NCBI GenBank assembly: GCA_043814055.1
Contig: JBDRKL010000012.1
Location: 89,170 to 153,169 of the forward strand
DNA: 64,000 nt
Source: an archaeon
Lineage (GTDB): Archaea > Undinarchaeota > Undinarchaeia > Undinarchaeales > JBDRKL01
Reading direction: 5' to 3'
The position numbers and the translations under genes are program-made. Below are positions 26,334-34,844 of this stretch, one piece after another. Under the pieces are notes generated by a model. That model ran no database searches. It saw nothing but the letters and a program-made list of their open reading frames with translations, and was not told where the DNA came from. How positions within the stretch are numbered: position 1 is the stretch's first letter; each line of letters opens with the position of its first letter.

Positions 26334-28496
26334 ATGGCAAAGAAAGAAAAGTCAAAAAAAGCGGTAAAGAAGAAGGTAATGCCGAAAACTCTAAAGAAGA
26401 AGGCAGCCATTAAGAAGAAACTAGTAGTGAAGAAGAAAGCTTTGATTAAGAAAAAAATTGTAGTGAAGAAGAAACCAGTGTCTAAGAAGAAAGTGACACC
26501 AAAGAAGAAGGTTTCAAAACCAAAGAAAGCCCTTGCAAAGAAAAAGCTGGTGGTGAAAAAGAAAGCTGCAAAACCGAAAGCCAAAAAGGCAGCGATTAAG
26601 AAGAAACCGGTAAAAGCAAAGAAAACTGTGAAGAAGACAACAGTTAAGAAGAAGGTTTCAATAAAAAAGAAGGCTGTAAAAGCCAAGAAAAAAGCAGCAA
26701 AACCTAAGAAGCCGCCGGAACCAAAAGAAGAGCAAGAACCTGAGAAACCAAATGAACCTACCTATGACCCGTGGCAGGAACTAAAGAATCAGGCACAAGC
26801 AGCGATTGAAGAAGCTGTGAAGACCGCGAAGATTAAGGTTCCATCAGAGGTAAATTTTGCAACTGCGATTGAAGAGCCGCCAAGCGCCAAGATGGGAGAT
26901 GTGGCTTGTAGCATTGCGTTTTCATTGGGAAGAGCATCTAAGAAGAACCCAAGACAGCTTGCGGAACTGCTCATATCAAAAGTAAAGAAGCCGCCAATTT
27001 TCAAGAAGGTTGCGCTCGCAGGAGCGTACATCAATTTCTTTCTGGATCACGATAAGTTCGCAAAGCACATTCTTGCAAAGGTTGTTGACGACGATTATGG
27101 CCGGGGAGGGAAGAAGGGCGACAAGGTAATGGCAGAGTTCTGCCAGGTTAACACGCACAAGGCGTTTCATATTGGGCATATTAGGGGAACCATACTTGGC
27201 GAGACTATTTCACGCATTTTGGAGTACAGCGGGTATGAAGTTGTGAGAGCAAATTACCAAGGGGACATTGGCTCGCACGTTGCAAAGTGGATGTGGTATT
27301 ATAACAAGTTCAAGAGTGGAGAGAGCCCGCATGGCAAGGGGGAAACCTGGCTTGCTAATATTTACCGGGCTGCCACGCAGGAGCTAAGGGAGCACCCTGA
27401 ATACGAGAAAGAGACCAGCGAGATTCTGCAGAAGCTTGAAGCCGGTGAAGATGAAAAACTGATGCAGGCCTGGCGGGAAACTCGGCAGTGGTCGCTTGAT
27501 GAGTATGAGAAAATTTACAAAGAGCTTGACGTGCGATTTGACCGATATTTCTTTGAGAGCGAGATGGGAAACTCTGGCAAGGAAATCGTGGACGAACTGC
27601 TCAAGAAAAAGATTGCAAAGATGAGCGAGGGCGCTATTGTGATAAATTTGGAGAAGTTTGGGCTCGGAACGTATCTTTTGCTTAAGAGCGACGGGACCGC
27701 GCTTTATTCCACCAAGGACCTGGCGCTTGCAAAGGCTAAGTTTGAAGAGTTTGGAATTGATATTTCACTTTATGTTGTTGGATCAGAGCAGCGGCTTTAT
27801 TTCCAGCAGCTGTTCAAGACGCTTGAGCTGATGGGCTTCAAGCGCGCGAAGAAGTGCCACCATCTTGCTTTTGACCTGATAAGCCTGAAGGAAGGCAAGA
27901 TGTCCTCAAGGGAAGGTACTGCCATTTTATATTCTGAGCTGAGAGACGGGATGTTCAAGAGGGCGCTTGAAGAAGTTATGGAAAGAAATCCGGAGATGGA
28001 CCCGCACGAACAGAAGATCATTGCGAATAAAGTTGCGTACGGCGCGATGAAGTTTGACATACTTAACATAAACAACAACAAGACAATATTCTTTGACTGG
28101 GAAAAAGCACTTGAATTTGAGGGCGAGACCGCGCCTTATGTGCAGTACGCCGGAGTTCGATGCAAGAGAATACTTGAGAAGGCTGGAAAAGTGCCTGAGA
28201 CTGGAAAAGTTGACTTCGGAAAGCTGAAGCTTGCAGCAGAGCACGAGCTTGTCAAGATGCTCGCGAGATTCCCTGGGGTTATTGCCACGGCTGCGAAGGA
28301 GTACAAACCGCACTTCATTGCGAATTATGTATATGGGCTAGCTGACAAGTTTAGCACTTTCTATACCGAGGCGCCTATAATGGACGCGGGAGATAAGGCA
28401 ACAAAAGATGCTCGGCTTATGCTGCTAAGCGCAACATATAAAACCCTTGAGAAAGCCCTATATCTGCTCGGAATAGAAATTCCTGAGCGTATGTAA
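26334..28496 (+). CDS. argS: Arginyl-tRNA synthetase with a ~145-aa polylysine N-terminal extension
   Basis: Class I HIGH motif (AFHIGHIRG), KMSK-like GKMSSREG, and a DALR anticodon-binding C-terminus. The N-terminus is KKK(L/I)VVKKK repeats. The antisense ORF 26321..26686 is an artefact of the repeats. Confidence 0.9.
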   Translation: MAKKEKSKKAVKKKVMPKTLKKKAAIKKKLVVKKKALIKKKIVVKKKPVSKKKVTPKKKVSKPKKALAKKKLVVKKKAAKPKAKKAAIKKKPVKAKKTVKKTTVKKKVSIKKKAVKAKKKAAKPKKPPEPKEEQEPEKPNEPTYDPWQELKNQAQAAIEEAVKTAKIKVPSEVNFATAIEEPPSAKMGDVACSIAFSLGRASKKNPRQLAELLISKVKKPPIFKKVALAGAYINFFLDHDKFAKHILAKVVDDDYGRGGKKGDKVMAEFCQVNTHKAFHIGHIRGTILGETISRILEYSGYEVVRANYQGDIGSHVAKWMWYYNKFKSGESPHGKGETWLANIYRAATQELREHPEYEKETSEILQKLEAGEDEKLMQAWRETRQWSLDEYEKIYKELDVRFDRYFFESEMGNSGKEIVDELLKKKIAKMSEGAIVINLEKFGLGTYLLLKSDGTALYSTKDLALAKAKFEEFGIDISLYVVGSEQRLYFQQLFKTLELMGFKRAKKCHHLAFDLISLKEGKMSSREGTAILYSELRDGMFKRALEEVMERNPEMDPHEQKIIANKVAYGAMKFDILNINNNKTIFFDWEKALEFEGETAPYVQYAGVRCKRILEKAGKVPETGKVDFGKLKLAAEHELVKMLARFPGVIATAAKEYKPHFIANYVYGLADKFSTFYTEAPIMDAGDKATKDARLMLLSATYKTLEKALYLLGIEIPERM

Positions 28497-28511
28497 TAGA
28501 GACAAAAGTGT

Positions 28512-28694
28512 GCCAGGGTAGCCTAGTTTGGATAAGGCGACAGCCTCCTAACAGCGGCAAATTCCGCTGGCAAATTGGGCCGCATTCGGCTTTCAGCCGA
28601 AGCGACCCGGCCCGCTGCGCGGGCAAAAGCCAATAGCGGAAAGCTGATGGAAGCAAGCTGTAAGTCGAGGGTTCAAATCCCTCCTCTGGTGCCA
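28512..28694 (+). tRNA. tRNA-Arg (anticodon CCT) with a 105-nt intron at 37/38 and encoded CCA
   Basis: Acceptor GCCAGGG/CTCTGGT (two G-U pairs), D-arm GCCT-AGTTTGGATA-AGGC, anticodon stem ACAGC with loop CTCCTA|A, 3' stem GCTGT (28657-61), T-arm GAGGG-TTCAAAT-CCCTC. Intron 28551-28655. Confidence 0.75.
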
Positions 28695-28699
28695 TAATA

Positions 28700-29182
28700 A
28701 TGACCTTAGTAGACGAATGCAAAATAAGGGACGCAGCGCCTGAAGATGTTGATGCAATCATAGAACTGTACAAGGAAGCCCTAGTCCCGATATGGGACAG
28801 GATACACAGGCCCTATGACCTTGTTAGGCTAAGGAGAACGCTTGAGAAACGGTTTGAAAAAGGGCATAGCGGTCTGGTGGTTGTTAGGGAGAACAAGATT
28901 ATTGGGTGCGTTCTGACCGCACTGCGAACCGGGAAGATATCCAATAAAAAAGTAATGAAAATATCGTCTCTTCTGGTCAAGCCGGAATTTTTTGGGAAAG
29001 GCTTAGGCCAGGAACTCATTAGAATCGTAGAAGACACAGCAAGGCAAAATGGCGTGGAGCGGATAAGACTGAAGTGCGCCTATAAGAACACTGCACTGGA
29101 GTTCTACAACAAAATGGGTTTTCAGGAAGACCAGATAAGCTTTATCAAGGAGCTAAAAACAAAAAAAGCCCCCGTAGTCTAG
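28700..29182 (+). CDS. GNAT family N-acetyltransferase (160 aa)
   Basis: Acetyl-CoA binding motif region (Q/R)xxGxG/A: FGKGLGQELIRIV. Its last ~15 nt overlap the 5' end of tRNA-Arg(GCG). Confidence 0.7.
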   Translation: MTLVDECKIRDAAPEDVDAIIELYKEALVPIWDRIHRPYDLVRLRRTLEKRFEKGHSGLVVVRENKIIGCVLTALRTGKISNKKVMKISSLLVKPEFFGKGLGQELIRIVEDTARQNGVERIRLKCAYKNTALEFYNKMGFQEDQISFIKELKTKKAPVV

Positions 29183-29241
29183 TTTGGATAGGATGTGAGC
29201 TTGCGGAGCTCGAGGCTTGGGTTCAAATCCCGACGGGGGCA
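29168..29241 (+). tRNA. tRNA-Arg (anticodon GCG), intron-less
   Basis: Acceptor GCCCCCG/CGGGGGC, D-arm GTCT-AGTTTGGATA-GGAT, anticodon arm TGAGC-TTGCGGA-GCTCG, T-arm TTGGG-TTCAAAT-CCCGA, discriminator A. Confidence 0.8.
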
Positions 29242-30717
29242 CTAATGTTTTCTTTTACTAAAACTCTTTTTGAACTCGTGGCGCCAGAGCTTGTCGCGGA
29301 ATGACTTTCGCTTTGAGTTGAAAAAGAAGACTGCAGCTATTATGAGGAGTATTACAACAGCTAAAAGCAGTTTTCCGCCTAAGGAGTCCAGCAACCTGAC
29401 CGGTTTTTCCTCAATTACAAATGCTGCAGATTCGCTCTCCGCAAGCCGCTGTTCATCCACAAGAATCGTGACCTTGAGCAAGTGGTCGCCAGGCGCTTCT
29501 GGGATGTCCCAGACGCTCAACACATCCTTTTTCTCGCCCCTGAGAAGCGTGAATGAATTAAAACCAATTTTATAAGAGTCCATATAGAAGTTTACCGTGC
29601 CCTGAATGTCAATGTTTCCTGTGTTCTCAAGCGCGGCAACCAAATCTACTTGGTCTCCAATGTACGCGGAGCTGGCGTTGAGCTTGAGGCCGGCAAGTAA
29701 TTTCTTTTCTTCCGCGACTGTGAAAGTCTTTGCGCACTTGCCCTTGTTGCCATACTCATCAGTTGCCTCTGCCTTTGCAGTGTACTGGCCGGGAGGGTCC
29801 TGCTTGCTTATCGGGGCTTCAAAAGAGAAGTGGCCGTTGCTATCTGAGATTGCGTCATATGTTGTTGAGATGTCCTCTGAGGTTGTAAACCAGGATTTTG
29901 TGCTTATTTTATCAAGTGGCTCGTCGTGCACATTGTCTATGGTTCCAAAGAGGACCACAACACCGCCTGGGTTTATGTTTGTCTTCTGGAGAGAACACGC
30001 CATCTTGAGCTCATCCGTGACAATGATGTCATCAATGATGGAGGTTCTTGCGTTCCCGTAGTTGTCAAGAAAGTTTGCTTCTAGTGAATATGTTCCAGGA
30101 GGGTCTGACGCTTTGAATGTGTAAGCGTAGGATATGTAGCCGTTCTTAAGGTCTGCGGAATCTGTAACAATGCCACCCAGACCGGACTCCTCAAGGCTTA
30201 TGGACGCTTTGCCCTCTACCGGGAACCCGTGGGCGTTAAGGACTATACTGCTGAACTCAAGGGTTTCGCCTCGGTTGAAGATGCGAGCGTTTATGCTACG
30301 CTCAACAAAGAGGTTCTCGGTTATGGTGAATTTGCCAGAGTAAAAATCTGCATAGGAATCGTAGCCGGTCTTTATCTTTACCTTGATTCTCCAGTCGTCC
30401 GCGGTGTTTATGGTGCTGGTTACGTCCCAGAGGAGTGTGCCCTTGGTGATTAGAGAGAATGAAACTGGGGTGTCTGCGAGGAAGGAGTATATTTTAGTGG
30501 TTATTGGAATTTCCTGGGAAGTAGAGTCGCTCACAGCAAGGAACTGGACCTCAGAGCCTGGAATGTTCTCGCCGAGCTCAATTGTTCCAGTAATCACGAT
30601 TTGGTCGCCGTAGTTGAACGTGCTGTTCGCCCGCGGGTTTGAAACTGTCATTCCAGCGTGAGCCCCGGATAGCACGATTAGAAATAACACTAGGGCGCAT
30701 AATGCAAGCTTTTTCAT
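29242..30717 (-). CDS. Secreted / cell-surface protein with N-terminal signal peptide and C-terminal TM anchor (491 aa)
   Basis: MKKLALCALVLFLIVLSGAHA signal and a C-terminal LLLAVVILLIIAAVFFF anchor followed by a basic tail. Beta-rich repeats suggest Ig/CARDB-like domains. Confidence 0.5.
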   Translation of the reverse strand: MKKLALCALVLFLIVLSGAHAGMTVSNPRANSTFNYGDQIVITGTIELGENIPGSEVQFLAVSDSTSQEIPITTKIYSFLADTPVSFSLITKGTLLWDVTSTINTADDWRIKVKIKTGYDSYADFYSGKFTITENLFVERSINARIFNRGETLEFSSIVLNAHGFPVEGKASISLEESGLGGIVTDSADLKNGYISYAYTFKASDPPGTYSLEANFLDNYGNARTSIIDDIIVTDELKMACSLQKTNINPGGVVVLFGTIDNVHDEPLDKISTKSWFTTSEDISTTYDAISDSNGHFSFEAPISKQDPPGQYTAKAEATDEYGNKGKCAKTFTVAEEKKLLAGLKLNASSAYIGDQVDLVAALENTGNIDIQGTVNFYMDSYKIGFNSFTLLRGEKKDVLSVWDIPEAPGDHLLKVTILVDEQRLAESESAAFVIEEKPVRLLDSLGGKLLLAVVILLIIAAVFFFNSKRKSFRDKLWRHEFKKSFSKRKH

Positions 30718-30757
30718 ATTCTCCCAAGGATGGGTATGAATTTTGAGTATTTAAGGG

Positions 30758-31657
30758 TTACTTTGTGATTTGAGTTCCTGCTTTTCCGCCAAGAGCTTTC
30801 TCAATATCGCTGAGGTGGCAGATTATTGCACGCTCGCCGCCGGATTCAATAAAGTTTATTGCGGCTTGAATTTTCGGGCCCATTGAGCCCGCTGGGAAAG
30901 AATCCATGTGTTTTTTTGCTTCTTTAACCGTGAGTTTGTCAAGGAGCTTTTGGTTTGGCTTGCCGAAGTTGAGGTATGCGCCTTTCGTGTCCGTGACTAT
31001 TAACAAAATATCTGCTCCGATTTCCTCGCCGAGCTTCGCGCTTGCAAGGTCCTTGTCTATGACTGCTTCTATGCCATGGTAGTTGTGCTCTTCCCTTTTT
31101 ATCACAGGAATTCCGCCCCCGCCGCAGGTTACAACCAGGAAGCCGGCCTTGAGGAGCTCCTTGATTTTGTAAGAGCCGACAATCCTTATTGGTTTTGGAG
31201 ATGCCACGACTTTGCGCCAGCCCTTTGCGGTTTTCACAAAGCCTGGTTTTTTGTTTTTGTAAGCAGGGCCGATTGGCTTTGTCGGGTTCTTGAACGCTGG
31301 GTCGTTCGCGTCAACCTGAACGTAAGTTGAAAGGGTGGAGAGGAGCGGGTGCATAATTCCGATTTTCATTAATTCGTTATCAAGTGTTTTCTCAATCATG
31401 TAACCGATTTGACCCTGAGTCATAGCGACCAGGACTTCAAGGGGCATTTCAGGGACTTCAGAAGTTGCCTGCTGCTGGAGAAGAAGGTTGCCGACCTGGG
31501 GTCCGTTGCCGTGCGTGATTACAAGATTGTATTTGCCGTATAATTTCGCGACCTTGCTCAGCGGGATTTCAAGGTTGTTGAACTGCTCGCTCACGTTCCC
31601 TTCCTGACCTTTCTGGATGAGGGCGTTGCCTCCGAGCGCGATAATTAGAGTTTTCAT
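30758..31657 (-). CDS. arcC: Carbamate kinase
   Basis: Amino-acid kinase family with LIIALGGNAL at the N-terminus, ~300 aa, typical carbamate kinase length and motifs. Confidence 0.75.
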   Translation of the reverse strand: MKTLIIALGGNALIQKGQEGNVSEQFNNLEIPLSKVAKLYGKYNLVITHGNGPQVGNLLLQQQATSEVPEMPLEVLVAMTQGQIGYMIEKTLDNELMKIGIMHPLLSTLSTYVQVDANDPAFKNPTKPIGPAYKNKKPGFVKTAKGWRKVVASPKPIRIVGSYKIKELLKAGFLVVTCGGGGIPVIKREEHNYHGIEAVIDKDLASAKLGEEIGADILLIVTDTKGAYLNFGKPNQKLLDKLTVKEAKKHMDSFPAGSMGPKIQAAINFIESGGERAIICHLSDIEKALGGKAGTQITK

Positions 31658-31745
31658 TAATTTTGTATTATTTTGAGGGGTAATATGCTTTTTTGTTTGT
31701 GGAAAAACAAAATGTTTATGAAGGAATGAATTTAAATGAAATAAA

Positions 31746-32486
31746 ATGGCAGTAACAAGCTATAGGAGAGACGGCGCTTTGCTTTTGGACAAGCTTTTCC
31801 CAGGGTTCGGGTTGGATGTTAAGATTTATGAAATCTGGAGGGATTTTGACTTAGATGATTACAAGATGGGGAAAGACGATCGTCTTATGGTGAGAACATT
31901 CGGCAGTAATTCTCCAAATGTTAGAAACCCAGATATAATTGTTAAGAATACTGCGGATGCGCTTAAGTTTATGAAAAGGCAGGCTAAGAAAAATCGGTTT
32001 GGATACATAGGTCAAAGGACCATGAATGAAAATGATATAAAATATTCTGTGAGTGGCTCGCTTGATTATAGGAGAATTCCTTCATTAGCATTCACAATAC
32101 GAGAAGTGGACAAAGGATTCATATTGAATAATATGGAAACAGATGAGCGCGGAACAACTACACGAGAGGCAAAGGTGCTTGTTGAGTTCAAATATGATTA
32201 TTTCTCCGCAACTCCGAAAGCTCCTAGCTTGTCACCACCTAATTTTCCGAAGAGCGAGCTTAGAAAACTGAAGAAAACTGTACTTCAGGTAGTGAAGTTC
32301 GCAAAAATAGTTGATGATAATTACACTAAAAACTATGCGAAGAAGGACCTAATGCCAAATTTCCTTTTGTATGTTTCAAAGAAGGGCGACATTTTGCCAG
32401 TTGATTTAAAGCAGAAATACAATTTGAAGAGTACACAAAGAAAAATCTGGATGGGGATTAAAGTTTCCCCATCAAAAACAGCATAA
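31746..32486 (+). CDS. Hypothetical protein (246 aa), cysteine-free, low GC, sitting between arcC and argF
   Basis: No recognisable domain. Its base composition (~38% GC) differs from the flanking ~50% GC genes. Confidence 0.4.
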   Translation: MAVTSYRRDGALLLDKLFPGFGLDVKIYEIWRDFDLDDYKMGKDDRLMVRTFGSNSPNVRNPDIIVKNTADALKFMKRQAKKNRFGYIGQRTMNENDIKYSVSGSLDYRRIPSLAFTIREVDKGFILNNMETDERGTTTREAKVLVEFKYDYFSATPKAPSLSPPNFPKSELRKLKKTVLQVVKFAKIVDDNYTKNYAKKDLMPNFLLYVSKKGDILPVDLKQKYNLKSTQRKIWMGIKVSPSKTA

Positions 32487-33390
32487 TCGCGTTCTGGGCG
32501 TGCATTCTGTTCTCCGCCTGGTCGTACACGATGCTCTGCGGTCCGTCAATCACGTCAGCTGTTTGCTCAAGCCCACGGGCTGCTGGGAGGCAGTTCATGA
32601 AAATCGCGTCCGGCTTTGCCTTGCTCATGAAGTCCGCGTTAATTTGGTACGGCATGAACTTTGCCTTGCGCGCTTCCATCTGGTCTTCTGGAATGTGGTA
32701 GGACATCCAGGAGTCAGTGTAGACCACATCCGCGTCCTTTGCTGCCTCAGCTGCGTCGTGTGTTACGATTACTTTGCCTCCAGAGGTTTTGCAGAGCTCT
32801 TTGCACTCGTCAAGAACTTCCTGCTCAGGGGAATATTCAGCACCCTCTGGGCAGGCTACTGCGATTTCAAAGCCCATCACAGCTGCTGCGCGCATCAGGT
32901 CGTAGGTCACGTTGTTGTGGCAGTCGCCGGAGTATGCCATCTTGATTCCTTCCAGACTTCCTTTCTTTTCAACTATTGCTTGGAGGTCGCAGATGATTTG
33001 GCACGGGTGCGCGAAGTCGTCAAGCGCGTTTATTACTGGCACGTTGGATTCTTCAGAGAATTCTTTAAGGTCTTCCTTCTTGTTCACGCGGGCCATAATT
33101 ATGTCAACATATCTTGAGGCGCACTTCGCAGTGTCCTTGATGTTCTCTTTCTTGCCGAGCGGGGAGTCCTTGATGCTGTAGAATATTGCGTGGCCACCGA
33201 GGCGAGTCATACCGGTTTCAAAGGAGACGCGGGTGCGCAGAGAGGGTTTCTCAAAGAGCATTAGAAGGGTCTTACTCTTCATTGTTGTGTTGTAATTCTC
33301 AGGGTTCTTTTTTATGTCAATTGCTTTTTCAATAATAGTTGCAATCTCGTCCTTTGTAAAATCAGATACTTTTAGCAAATGTCTTGTCAT
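32458..33390 (-). CDS. argF: Ornithine carbamoyltransferase
   Basis: STRTR carbamoyl-phosphate motif, HPCQ and an SMG-like ornithine-binding region. The antisense ORFs 32500-33181 were discarded. Confidence 0.9.
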   Translation of the reverse strand: MTRHLLKVSDFTKDEIATIIEKAIDIKKNPENYNTTMKSKTLLMLFEKPSLRTRVSFETGMTRLGGHAIFYSIKDSPLGKKENIKDTAKCASRYVDIIMARVNKKEDLKEFSEESNVPVINALDDFAHPCQIICDLQAIVEKKGSLEGIKMAYSGDCHNNVTYDLMRAAAVMGFEIAVACPEGAEYSPEQEVLDECKELCKTSGGKVIVTHDAAEAAKDADVVYTDSWMSYHIPEDQMEARKAKFMPYQINADFMSKAKPDAIFMNCLPAARGLEQTADVIDGPQSIVYDQAENRMHAQNAIMLFLMGKL

Positions 33391-33502
33391 TCATCTCACC
33401 TTGGCACAAGTAAGGATGTATCGTTTATAAGAGTATTTATAAAAAATTTTTAAAAGGTTTTATAAATCAATATTTCTTAGTTGGTGCAAGGAGGGATTTA
33501 AA

Positions 33503-34840
33503 ATGGCAGAAAAAAAGAAAGTATTGATTATGGGTGCGGCAGGCACAGATTTCCATGTTTTTAACACGTACTATCGGGACAACGATGAGTATGAGGTTGT
33601 GGCGTTCACAGCCGAACAGATTCCAGGGATTGGAGGAAGAATCTATACAAAGGAACTTGCAGGGGATTTGTATCCTGATGGGATTCCAATTTTTGATGAA
33701 TCAGAACTTCCAAAACTCATAAAGGAAAAGGGAGTTGAGCTCGTGGTATTTGCATACCACGATTTGACTTATGAGTATGTTATGCACCGCGCGTCCATTG
33801 TGAATGCGAACGGTGCAGACTTCATGCTGACCGGGACGAAGAAGAGGATGATAAAATCAGAGAAGCCTGTTATTGCAGTGTGCGCTGTGAGAACTGGTTG
33901 TGGCAAGTCGCAGACAGCGAGAAAGATTTGCGACATAATGCTGAAGAAAGGCTACAAGATTGTTGCAATAAGGCACCCGATGCCTTATGACCAGGATTTG
34001 AATTCGCAAACCTGCCAGAGATTTGCAAGCCGCGAGGATTTGGACAAGTACAGGTGCACTATTGAGGAGAGGGAAGAGTACGAGCCATACATAGAGCGCG
34101 GCATGGTGATTTATGCCGGGGTGGATTATGAGAAGATTCTGCGCGAGGCAGAGAAAGAGGCGGACATAATCCTCTGGGACGGGGGGAACAATGACTTCTC
34201 GTTCTACAAGCCAGATTTGTACATAACTGTTGCAGACCCTAGGCGACCTGGCCACGAGATTTCTTACTATGCAGGTGAAATAAATTCGCGGCTTGCTGAC
34301 TATGTTATAATAAATAAGGTTGACAGCGCGGAAGAGAAGGACATCAAGACTGTTGAGAAAAATATCAAGAGCGTCAATCCGAATGCAATTATTATCAGGG
34401 CTGAGTCAAAACTGACTCTGGATGATGCTGAGGCGATTAAAGGCAGGCGGGTTCTTGTGGTTGATGACGGACCAACGCTCACACACGGCGGACTGCCTAC
34501 AGGAGCTGGCTACTTCGCAGCGAAGAGGAACGGGGCAAAGGAGATAATTGACCCAAGGCCTTACGCGGTTGGTTCTATAAAGGCAACTTTTGAAAAGTAT
34601 CCGCAGACAACCGAGGTTCTGCCAGCGATGGGTTATGGAGATGAGCAGATTAAAGAGCTTGAAGAGACCATAAACGCTGCGGACTGTGATGTGGTGGTTG
34701 ATGGCAGTCCGGTTGACTTGGCAAAGATTGTCAAGGTGAACAAGCCGATTATAAGGGTAACCTATGACCTTGAAGAGATTGGCGAGCCAAATCTTGAAAC
34801 TGTCCTGGACGAGTTTGAGCAAAAGTTCATAAAGAAGTAA
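33503..34840 (+). CDS. Cyclic 2,3-diphosphoglycerate synthetase family protein (COG2403 P-loop NTPase)
   Basis: N-terminal Rossmann-like LIMGAAGTD, Walker A AVRTGCGKSQT, ~445 aa. The assignment is by family resemblance only. Confidence 0.45.
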   Translation: MAEKKKVLIMGAAGTDFHVFNTYYRDNDEYEVVAFTAEQIPGIGGRIYTKELAGDLYPDGIPIFDESELPKLIKEKGVELVVFAYHDLTYEYVMHRASIVNANGADFMLTGTKKRMIKSEKPVIAVCAVRTGCGKSQTARKICDIMLKKGYKIVAIRHPMPYDQDLNSQTCQRFASREDLDKYRCTIEEREEYEPYIERGMVIYAGVDYEKILREAEKEADIILWDGGNNDFSFYKPDLYITVADPRRPGHEISYYAGEINSRLADYVIINKVDSAEEKDIKTVEKNIKSVNPNAIIIRAESKLTLDDAEAIKGRRVLVVDDGPTLTHGGLPTGAGYFAAKRNGAKEIIDPRPYAVGSIKATFEKYPQTTEVLPAMGYGDEQIKELEETINAADCDVVVDGSPVDLAKIVKVNKPIIRVTYDLEEIGEPNLETVLDEFEQKFIKK

Positions 34841-34844
34841 GTAG

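Noticed and set aside
26321-26686. Minus-strand 121-aa ORF rich in Phe (FFF...)
   Set aside because: It is the reverse-complement reading of the AAG/AAA lysine repeats of the ArgRS N-terminal extension, so it is an artefact.
26334-26760. Possible CRISPR-like or tandem-repeat array from periodic 30-36-nt repeats
   Set aside because: The periodicity is coding (K-rich peptide repeats in frame with argS). There are no spacer-like unique segments and no cas genes.
32500-33181. Several plus-strand ORFs (205, 94, 89 aa) inside the argF region
   Set aside because: They are antisense to a well-supported ornithine carbamoyltransferase gene. Their Cys/His/Arg-rich low-complexity translations are typical of antisense frames.
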